Shown here one piece after another: positions 9,358 to 16,812 of a stretch of DNA of 31,266 nt. The stretch is from a virus (lineage: Duplodnaviria > Caudoviricetes), in the IMG/VR virus record IMGVR_UViG_3300042301_005632, positions 1 through 31,266 of that record; one strand, given 5' to 3'. Below the pieces are notes generated by a model that saw nothing but the letters and a program-made list of their open reading frames with translations, searched no databases and was not told where the DNA came from. The position numbers were made by a program, and so were the translations under genes. How positions within the stretch are numbered: the first letter of the stretch is position 1; the number at the start of each line of letters is the position of its first letter.

Positions 9358-10066
9358 AAAAAAAGGTAAGATTAATTGGGATAGCGACCTCCTCACCGCT
9401 TTCTGTAGTAAAACTTAAATTAACATCAGGAGCTACTTCTTTAATATAGAGTCTTAATGCTCTAGAATCAGCCGCTAATAAATTAAATTCTACAAATTCC
9501 TTAATAACATTTTTATCTTGTGAACCATCAACAGTTGTTAATTGGTACTTTAAACGAGTAGTGATTTCTGAAGATAATTCTTTGTTGAGTTTTTTAAGAC
9601 CTTGAATTTCTTGATCAATTAATTCCTCATCTTTAGCTGTTAAAAGTTTAAATTCTACTTCAGTTTTAGAAACTGGGAGGGTGAATTTAAATGTGCCCCG
9701 TGAGGTTATTAAAGAAGTATCAAATAGTTTATTATCAAGAGTTGTAAGATCTACAGTGTATTCTTTACCTCCATAAGTAAATGTATAATCTTTACCATAA
9801 CCTAAGATACGTGAAGCTACAATTAAGGAGTTTTTGTCACCTGTAATCATATCTTTAAGGCTAAATTTATTCATAATTAAAGCCTCTAAAAGCTTATCTA
9901 GAACAATACCTTTTTGGATATAGTTTTGGTTAGTTAAAATATCTTCCTCTTTAGCAGTCATGTATTTCATTTCTATTTTACCACTGTGTAGGAGATGATC
10001 TGCAGGATAAATAAGACCTTGAGAAGGTAATTCTACAATTTCTGTTGGGAATTTTGTTTCGTTCAT
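9344..10066 (-). CDS. gp26-like baseplate hub/tail assembly chaperone (240 aa)
   Basis: VELPSQGLIY, MKYMTAKEEDIL and FTLPVSK..VEFKLLT motifs; lies between tube and tape measure; ends TFFWPDI. Confidence 0.75.
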   Translation of the reverse strand: MNETKFPTEIVELPSQGLIYPADHLLHSGKIEMKYMTAKEEDILTNQNYIQKGIVLDKLLEALIMNKFSLKDMITGDKNSLIVASRILGYGKDYTFTYGGKEYTVDLTTLDNKLFDTSLITSRGTFKFTLPVSKTEVEFKLLTAKDEELIDQEIQGLKKLNKELSSEITTRLKYQLTTVDGSQDKNVIKEFVEFNLLAADSRALRLYIKEVAPDVNLSFTTESGEEVAIPINLTFFWPDI

Positions 10067-10094
10067 AAATTATTTGTTATAACGGTTATATGTT

Positions 10095-10102
10095 TATAAA
10101 TA
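10095..10102 (-). promoter_or_regulatory. Variant late promoter core TATTTATA
   Basis: Same core as the 14-mer, intergenic, 28 nt upstream of the chaperone ATG. Confidence 0.55.
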
Positions 10103-10131
10103 CTATAAAGGGAGGTTTTCTAACGGGTTAA

Positions 10132-10410
10132 TTAATTAGATTTAGTTGAGGTAAGATCCTTCAACTGGTTTTTTGTTTTTTCTTCAAGCTTATCCACCCT
10201 ACTGTCGATATGACGGTAGATAGTTTCTAGTTCCTGCCTGAAGGTTTGGTCTAGATTGTTAGAATGATCGTATAACCTTTGTTCAACCTGTTCAAGATTT
10301 TTTATATCTTTAATAAGATTTTTGATTGTCACATAGTTCATAAACGTAACCACAACTATTACCAGAGTAATAACAGCAGCCACACCTAAAAGAAATGATA
10401 TTGTTTCCAT
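10132..10410 (-). CDS. Small membrane protein, N-terminal TM helix plus coiled coil (92 aa)
   Basis: ISFLLGVAAVITLVIVVVTFM hydrophobic helix followed by a charged heptad-like segment. Confidence 0.75.
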   Translation of the reverse strand: METISFLLGVAAVITLVIVVVTFMNYVTIKNLIKDIKNLEQVEQRLYDHSNNLDQTFRQELETIYRHIDSRVDKLEEKTKNQLKDLTSTKSN

Positions 10411-10461
10411 ATTTTTGAGTAGTATTAGATGTTAAAAAACCTGTCCTTTATAGATTATACT

Positions 10462-10493
10462 ATAAGGTAAAAAAAAAGCCTGGCATAGCCAAG
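10462..10493 (-). promoter_or_regulatory. Putative Bacteroidota sigma70-like promoter (CTTG-N20-TACCTTAT)
   Basis: Partial match to the TTTG / TAnnTTTG consensus; same 20-nt spacer as two other sites. Confidence 0.45.
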
Positions 10494-10496
10494 CTT
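10469..10496 (-). terminator. Rho-independent terminator after the tail tube gene
   Basis: Minus strand reads AAGCTTGGC-TAT-GCCAGGCTT (9-bp stem, one G-U pair) running into a T9 tract. Confidence 0.8.
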
Positions 10497-10521
10497 AAAT
10501 TTAATTTTATTTAAATTTCTA

Positions 10522-11010
10522 TTAGAAGTTCAATACACAGTAGTCTGGTTGAACTGTCATTGTAAGGTTAATAGCAGTATCTGGAGAGTCCCATGAGTAA
10601 TCACCAAAATTAGCATCAGTAATAAATGCTCCTTTAATTATCCATTCTGATACGATATCGCCTACAGGTCCTAATACATCAAAAGTTAAATCTTTCTTAT
10701 AGAAGTCTGAGTAACCATCTCTACCAGTTACTGATTCGTGGTGTAAACGTACCCATTCCATTACTGCCTGAGCACCTGAAGGAGTGATAGGATCAAATAA
10801 TGTGAACTGAATGGGGTTCCAAACTGTTTTTCCTTTCACAAAACGTTGAACGTTAATGTGGTTTAGAGGTACATTTCCTTGTGTTAAAGTTACAGCACCG
10901 ATTGCTTTAATTGTATAAGATGGGATGCCATCAATATACATGATAAAACGGTTTGCCTGTTTGGGTTCAAACGCTGTGAAAAATATTTCGTTTGGATCTA
11001 ATACTGCCAT
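10522..11010 (-). CDS. Tail tube protein (T4 gp19-like, 162 aa)
   Basis: FEPKQANRF, KGKTVWNPIQFTLFDPI, VMEWVR and WIIKGAF motifs; directly after the sheath. Confidence 0.92.
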   Translation of the reverse strand: MAVLDPNEIFFTAFEPKQANRFIMYIDGIPSYTIKAIGAVTLTQGNVPLNHINVQRFVKGKTVWNPIQFTLFDPITPSGAQAVMEWVRLHHESVTGRDGYSDFYKKDLTFDVLGPVGDIVSEWIIKGAFITDANFGDYSWDSPDTAINLTMTVQPDYCVLNF

Positions 11011-11027
11011 TTTGCTATATTGTTTAT

Positions 11028-11041
11028 TTTATTATAAATAT
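11028..11041 (-). promoter_or_regulatory. Putative late promoter ATATTTATAATAAA
   Basis: Exact 14-mer between sheath and tube genes. Confidence 0.7.
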
Positions 11042-11056
11042 CGTTAATTACAACTC

Positions 11057-13141
11057 TTATGCTGGGAAAGTAGCTCCTGTTGGTAAAATGTTGAAATCTA
11101 GGTAAATGAATTCAGCAGTCTTAGTTGGTTGTAGATAAATCTGACCTACTAACTGATTTCTATCAATTACGTCCGGAGTGTTATTGGAATCATCCATAAT
11201 TACTCTAAACGCGTACAAACCTTGACGTTGTTGAACTGATTCAAGATAAGGGTTAACTTGGCTTAAGAATTGGTTTCTTGTAGCAATTGTGTTTTGTTCA
11301 AACACTAAGTTGTTAGCTACTTGAGAAATGTAAGACTTAAGAGCAATTAACAATCTACGTACATTTACACGATCAAGTGCAGATGCTTTTTTCTGTAGAG
11401 TTTTCTGACCATATACTACAACTCCAGTACCTGGGAATGTAGCAATTGGGTTTACATTACCTACATATAGATCATTACGATTTGTTTGTGAAAGTTTTCT
11501 TTCCGCTCTTACTACGGTATCTAAACCACCACGGTTAATACCTGCCGGAGCGAACCATGGTTCAGAGACACTGTCAGTAAACGCATATACTGCCGGAATC
11601 ATAGTAGCAGCTGGTACCCACACTAATTGACCAGTACCTGGGTCAATAGTTTGTAACCAGGGCCAATATGTAGCCGCATATGAGTTATTAATTGCTGAAG
11701 CAGCTGTAGTAGCTTGACCTATGCTTGAATCATAAGCTACAGGATCTAAAACTACAATTGCATCACCCCTAGACTGGATTGTGTTAGCTAAAGTAGTTAA
11801 TTGAGTTGTATTATCTGTTAAGTTAAGACCTGGGGCTGTAATTACATTGAATCTATAATCATCCTGATTAGCCATTAAAGCAATCATATCAGTATAGTCA
11901 GTAGCATTAATACCTTGTAGATTTGTAGTACCTGTGATAGCATCATAGAATTTAGCACCACCACCATAGAATAAATTACCAGTTGCTCCAGTAAAAGTAC
12001 CTTGTGATACAATTGGTATAGAAGATGTAAATTGTGCTTTAGCTGTTCCATTATTATCAAAATACAATGGTGTAGGTGAATTTACAGCACTTACATAAAC
12101 ATATCTTGAATTATTAGGATAATTACCAATTACTTTAACATAGTTTTCACTAGCATCATAGGTTTGGAAACTATCACCAATTACTCTAGAAATAAAGTTT
12201 GGTTGAGTTGGATCTAACGATAAATTAGGCCAAGTCTCTAAAACAATGGGTTCTGTAGTTGTATCATCACCTTGTCTAATTAGTAAACTAAATGTGCCTG
12301 AACCTGTATCTGAGTTGGAGATTTGCCATCTTACGTTATCGGCTGAACCACTACTTAAAATACCATTAGTACCTAGTGAACCTGAGTTGTTCATGATGGT
12401 ACCTTCTGAAATAGTTTTAAGAGTAAATGATGGGTTTGAAGTACCACCTGATAAAGTTGTAGTTGTACTTCCTGATATTAGTGTAAATGTATTACCTAAA
12501 ACACCTACTGAGTTGGTTTTAGAGAAAATTGTAAGATTAGTTGTTGCACTACTGGCACTCACATATAGTAATGAAGCACTATAAGGAGCTACTGAGGAGC
12601 TATTATTAATAGCAACTGATGCAGATGCTACTGAATTTGCTGCAGTAGAACCAGAAGCTACAAAGATTGTAGTAGAAGTATTAGCTGGTGGGACACTACC
12701 AGTAATAGCAATTGTAATACCATTTAATATAAATGAGCCTGTAGGATTTACAAGACCTGCAATATCTATAGTAGCAGAAGCTGTAGTAGCTATAGCATAA
12801 TTAGGAATACCTAAACCACCATTAACTTCACTTGTATTTGAAGTAGCAGAAGCAAATGAACCTGAAGCTACTCTAGCTACTACTAAACTTTCTCCACCTT
12901 GTTGGAAATAGTTGTAAGCAGCAATTTGAGTTAAAAAGCTGTATTCAGCACCTCCGCTTAAAAAAGTGCCACCAAATTTATTTAGATAATCGGAGTAAGT
13001 AGTAACTACTGTAGGGATTTCTACAGGACCTTTTACAGTGGGTCCTATAAGAGCTGCGCCTACGGTTACTGGTTGTTGAGTGATAAATGAGCTATCATTT
13101 TCTCTAGCTAATACTCCAGGTGAAATTAAAGTTTCTGCCAT
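11057..13141 (-). CDS. Contractile tail sheath protein (694 aa)
   Basis: SPGVLARE, GPTVKGP, PWFAPAGINRG, VVYGQKTL, DRVNVRRLL and PTKTAEFI are hallmark sheath motifs. Confidence 0.96.
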   Translation of the reverse strand: MAETLISPGVLARENDSSFITQQPVTVGAALIGPTVKGPVEIPTVVTTYSDYLNKFGGTFLSGGAEYSFLTQIAAYNYFQQGGESLVVARVASGSFASATSNTSEVNGGLGIPNYAIATTASATIDIAGLVNPTGSFILNGITIAITGSVPPANTSTTIFVASGSTAANSVASASVAINNSSSVAPYSASLLYVSASSATTNLTIFSKTNSVGVLGNTFTLISGSTTTTLSGGTSNPSFTLKTISEGTIMNNSGSLGTNGILSSGSADNVRWQISNSDTGSGTFSLLIRQGDDTTTEPIVLETWPNLSLDPTQPNFISRVIGDSFQTYDASENYVKVIGNYPNNSRYVYVSAVNSPTPLYFDNNGTAKAQFTSSIPIVSQGTFTGATGNLFYGGGAKFYDAITGTTNLQGINATDYTDMIALMANQDDYRFNVITAPGLNLTDNTTQLTTLANTIQSRGDAIVVLDPVAYDSSIGQATTAASAINNSYAATYWPWLQTIDPGTGQLVWVPAATMIPAVYAFTDSVSEPWFAPAGINRGGLDTVVRAERKLSQTNRNDLYVGNVNPIATFPGTGVVVYGQKTLQKKASALDRVNVRRLLIALKSYISQVANNLVFEQNTIATRNQFLSQVNPYLESVQQRQGLYAFRVIMDDSNNTPDVIDRNQLVGQIYLQPTKTAEFIYLDFNILPTGATFPA

Positions 13142-13160
13142 TGCAAGTTATGTTTTTGGT

Positions 13161-13174
13161 TTTATTATAAATAT
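13161..13174 (-). promoter_or_regulatory. Putative late promoter ATATTTATAATAAA
   Basis: Exact 14-mer 19 nt upstream of the sheath ATG. Confidence 0.7.
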
Positions 13175-13233
13175 ATGAAATTCCGTCAAAAATCTTTATA
13201 AAACCTTTAAATATAACTAAATGTTAGAAAATT

Positions 13234-13482
13234 TTATTCTATAGTAATTTCACCTGTTTCTAAATTAAGATTACCACTTCCGTACTTTTCGGTTAATTTA
13301 ACCCCCAAATCAGCGCTAGTTTTTTCTAGTTCAACTATTTGTGATTTTAAAATAGCTTTGTTACTCTCTAATAAAGTAATTCTATATTCAAGTGAACCTA
13401 GACTAGCTAAAATATCATTTTGTTGATTTTGAAGATCTCTTAGTTGTGTAAGTTCTTCTTGTGTTAAAACTTTTGTTTCCAT
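13234..13482 (-). CDS. Small coiled-coil hypothetical protein (82 aa)
   Basis: Heptad-rich helix ending KYGSGNLNLETGE; starts 1 nt after the heptosyltransferase stop. Confidence 0.75.
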   Translation of the reverse strand: METKVLTQEELTQLRDLQNQQNDILASLGSLEYRITLLESNKAILKSQIVELEKTSADLGVKLTEKYGSGNLNLETGEITIE

Positions 13483-13483
13483 A

Positions 13484-14692
13484 TTAATAAATATTAAGTA
13501 TTTTGTTTAAAGCATTTATTACCATTTGAGGAGTAATAGTTTTAGAACATTCAAATTGACGTTCTGTTCCTTTATGGAAAGGACACCATTCCCAGTCGCT
13601 AGCATCTAATCTAACTTTATTATAACACCCATTACATACACTAGAATTAAATACTCTTTCTACTCCAGTTGTAAATTCACTATCTGGAGTGCTAAATCCT
13701 GAGATCATTACTACAGGAGTTTCTACAGCCCATGATAACCAAGCTAACCCACTACCAACTCCTATGTAAGCCTCAGCATGTTTAATGTCATTTATTCTAT
13801 CTTCTAAAGGGTACTTATTACCTGATTTATTAAGAACACCTTTTATTGTAGAATTTAATTTAGAATCGTGCCAAGCATCATTTAGGGGTTCATGGCTAAT
13901 TAAAACTACTTTATATCCTTTTTGGTTTAGATATTTAATTACTTCTTGCCACCCATTAGGATGTAACCAGTATTTAGCATGAGCTGAAGCATGGGGAGAA
14001 ATACAGACATATTTTCCTTTAATAGTAGATTTTTTATCTAAAATACTAATATTAGGTTTAATTTCTTTTTCTTCTAATCCTAAAATATTACTAGCTATTC
14101 TACCTAAATAACCTTGTCTAAAATCAATAGGAACTTTTCCAAAGTCAGGATTATCATTTTCATTATAATACCATCCTATATTATATTGAGCTATAATATC
14201 AGGAACTGAAGTTCCAGGGGTTATAAATTCTACTTCGGGGTATTGAGCAATAAACCAATCATTATGAAAAGTAGAACAAATTACTTGGCAATTATGTTTT
14301 TTTCTAAATTCTTCAACATATGGAAACCACGCTAAAGTATCACCAATAGCTTTTGAATCTAAATGTATATAAACTCTTCTACCTTTTAAATTTAAAGAAT
14401 GATTAATAAATTCAGTAGTAGTATCATTATAGGTTTCATTTACAATAACTTTCCAAGGAATATAATACTTAGGACTGCATGAAGTCCACATATTATTGTT
14501 TATAGTAGTTTCGTATACAAGTTCATCAGTATTAGAATTTATAAACTTAACATTATATTGTGCTTTTTTATCTCCTTTTATTTCAAAAAAAGGTCCATTA
14601 CAAAAATGAAGAATAAATTCATTAGATGCTTCTTTAAAAGGAATATTTAAAGGTAGAGTAGAATTATATTCTTTAATTAAAATTTCTTTCAT
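13484..14692 (-). CDS. Autotransporter O-heptosyltransferase-like protein (TibC/AAH family, GT9-related, 402 aa)
   Basis: SKAIGDTLAWFPYVEEF, YIGVGSGLAWLSWA..PVVMISGFS and a four-Cys iron site CNGC...WCPFH...FEC all match the TibC/AAH pattern. Confidence 0.88.
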   Translation of the reverse strand: MKEILIKEYNSTLPLNIPFKEASNEFILHFCNGPFFEIKGDKKAQYNVKFINSNTDELVYETTINNNMWTSCSPKYYIPWKVIVNETYNDTTTEFINHSLNLKGRRVYIHLDSKAIGDTLAWFPYVEEFRKKHNCQVICSTFHNDWFIAQYPEVEFITPGTSVPDIIAQYNIGWYYNENDNPDFGKVPIDFRQGYLGRIASNILGLEEKEIKPNISILDKKSTIKGKYVCISPHASAHAKYWLHPNGWQEVIKYLNQKGYKVVLISHEPLNDAWHDSKLNSTIKGVLNKSGNKYPLEDRINDIKHAEAYIGVGSGLAWLSWAVETPVVMISGFSTPDSEFTTGVERVFNSSVCNGCYNKVRLDASDWEWCPFHKGTERQFECSKTITPQMVINALNKILNIY

Positions 14693-16812
14693 AACATTTG
14701 TTTATACAAATTTTCGTAAAATTCCCAATGCTTTTCTGTAGTACGTTCTGTTTTTACAAACTTTCTAGCATTCTTAGAAACATTAATCCAATTATTTATA
14801 GAATAAGTAATTTTATCTTTAATATCATCAACATCTCTAACACAAGGAATAATACCCCATATATTAGTATAGTCATCGTTTAGAGAAGATATAACAGCTA
14901 ATCCACTAGAGCAAGCTTCAAGTACAGAAAGGCAAGGTTGGCCGGTTTCAATTTTTGAAGGATGAACCATTATAGTATGTTGTTTGTAAAGTTCTTTAAT
15001 TTGTGATTTAGGAGTATCATATAATCTAGTAAGTTTACCCCAGTTTTGGTTAAGTTCGATTAATTCATTTTCTATCCAATCTTCTCTTACAGGACCTACA
15101 ATAGTAATAGGAATATCTAATTGTTTAGCAGCTCTTGCGGCTAAATAAAATCCTTTACGATCATCATTAGCTCCAATACAAATAATTTTATGATTATTAA
15201 GATTTTTATTAAAATCTATCTTCCAATAATTAGTGTCAACTGGGACAAATCCTTTAATTAGGTTGTCTTTATTATCAAACCAATCTATATAATAATCAGA
15301 TAAAGATACAGTATGTTTAGAATAAAGATTAGCTTGTAATTGATCTTGGCTATTTGAATGTTCTTTACCCCATAAAAAAGGATGAACATCATGTAAAGTA
15401 TAAATTACATTTTTATAATTACGTTGTTTTAAAGAATGAATAAATACTCCTGAGTGGATGTGGCATAAATCATATTCGGGGGTGTTTTTTAGAAAACTAT
15501 CTAAAGAAATTAAGTCGATTTTATGTCCTCTTCTTTTACCTTCTAATATTAATTGACCTTGAACTTCTTCTAACCCACCCCACTTTCTAGGAGGAACTTG
15601 CATTCCATAACCTAAATCTATTTGAGCTATTTTTAAGCGATTTTTTCGGGATTTATTTATTACATAAATTTTTCTATTATCTTGGACGCTCCAATAATGT
15701 CCATAAACACCACTTAAATATTGGTCTAATTGTTCAATTAGTTTATCTCCAGTACGATTATTGCTGTAAAAGTGGGTGTTTTGAATAAACACAATTATTT
15801 CCCCATGAATAATATTATTTAAAGTTTGTTTGATTCGATCTAAATTAAAATTAATATCAACATTTACATAATGATAAGATATATTTTCTTCAAAAGAATC
15901 AAATAAAACAGTATGATCAAAAAATAATTCTTGAAGTTTTTGTTTTTGTCTTTCGTTTAGATTAAAATTATGAAAACAGATATTTTGTCTAAACTCTTCC
16001 CAATTCAATTTAGAAGCATAAGTACACTCAGCTACATCTATAATCTCATCAAAGTAAGTTATTTTTCTAACTGGGTCTAAAATAAGGTCTTTTCTTCTGT
16101 AAGAAGCTTGTTCAGATAAAATTGCTTCTCCTCTTTGATTCCATCTAACAAAATTTTCAGAATCAAAATGTTGCCTTACAATACAATTGCTTCTGGGGAT
16201 GGTTAACCATTTTCCACGTTCTTCAAGCATTAAAACGTATTGCCCATCATTACTTAAACAAACATCACCATCAACATGTTCTGGGAATTCGATTGGAATG
16301 TTTCTCCAACAACGAGTATACCCAAATACATTACTACGTCTACCTAAATTTAAAAATCCTTCTAAAAATGAATCGTTAGTTGAAGTAATATAAACTTGGT
16401 TTACATAATTATCTAAATGTTGTTCTTTAGATTGAGGTAAATGTTCATGGTATTTAAAACCATTAAAATGAATTAAAAGTACTTCAGGGAATTTATTAAA
16501 ATAATAATTAATTATTTCTAAACTATTAGGAAACATTTTATCATCAACATCCCAAGGTACTACAATATCACCTGAGGCTGCTTTTTGGGGGTTCCACCAG
16601 TAATATTTTTTACTAGGAGCATCTTTTCTAATAATTCTAGAATCTCGAGCTACTAAAGAATCGATTACTTCTAAACTATTGTCCGTAGACATATCATCGC
16701 AAATAACCCATTCCCAGTTTTCATAAGGTTGAGAAAGGATACTTTCAGCTAATTCGTTAAGATAAGGAGCTCCATTATAACAAGGAGTAACTATAGATAT
16801 TTTATTCTTCAT
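14689..16812 (-). CDS. Two-domain glycosyltransferase, GT2 plus GT4 (~707 aa)
   Basis: N-terminal ISIVTPCYN / ICDDMSTD / DVDD (GT2) and C-terminal VPPRKWGGLE / ETGQPCLSVLE (GT4 EX7E-like). ATG at 16812 is preferred over TTG at 16821. Confidence 0.85.
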   Translation of the reverse strand: MKNKISIVTPCYNGAPYLNELAESILSQPYENWEWVICDDMSTDNSLEVIDSLVARDSRIIRKDAPSKKYYWWNPQKAASGDIVVPWDVDDKMFPNSLEIINYYFNKFPEVLLIHFNGFKYHEHLPQSKEQHLDNYVNQVYITSTNDSFLEGFLNLGRRSNVFGYTRCWRNIPIEFPEHVDGDVCLSNDGQYVLMLEERGKWLTIPRSNCIVRQHFDSENFVRWNQRGEAILSEQASYRRKDLILDPVRKITYFDEIIDVAECTYASKLNWEEFRQNICFHNFNLNERQKQKLQELFFDHTVLFDSFEENISYHYVNVDINFNLDRIKQTLNNIIHGEIIVFIQNTHFYSNNRTGDKLIEQLDQYLSGVYGHYWSVQDNRKIYVINKSRKNRLKIAQIDLGYGMQVPPRKWGGLEEVQGQLILEGKRRGHKIDLISLDSFLKNTPEYDLCHIHSGVFIHSLKQRNYKNVIYTLHDVHPFLWGKEHSNSQDQLQANLYSKHTVSLSDYYIDWFDNKDNLIKGFVPVDTNYWKIDFNKNLNNHKIICIGANDDRKGFYLAARAAKQLDIPITIVGPVREDWIENELIELNQNWGKLTRLYDTPKSQIKELYKQHTIMVHPSKIETGQPCLSVLEACSSGLAVISSLNDDYTNIWGIIPCVRDVDDIKDKITYSINNWINVSKNARKFVKTERTTEKHWEFYENLYKQML

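Noticed and set aside
9344-9367. Canonical -1 frameshift at the chaperone slippery run
   Set aside because: The -1 frame reaches TGA two codons later; only +1/-2 joins the downstream ORF.
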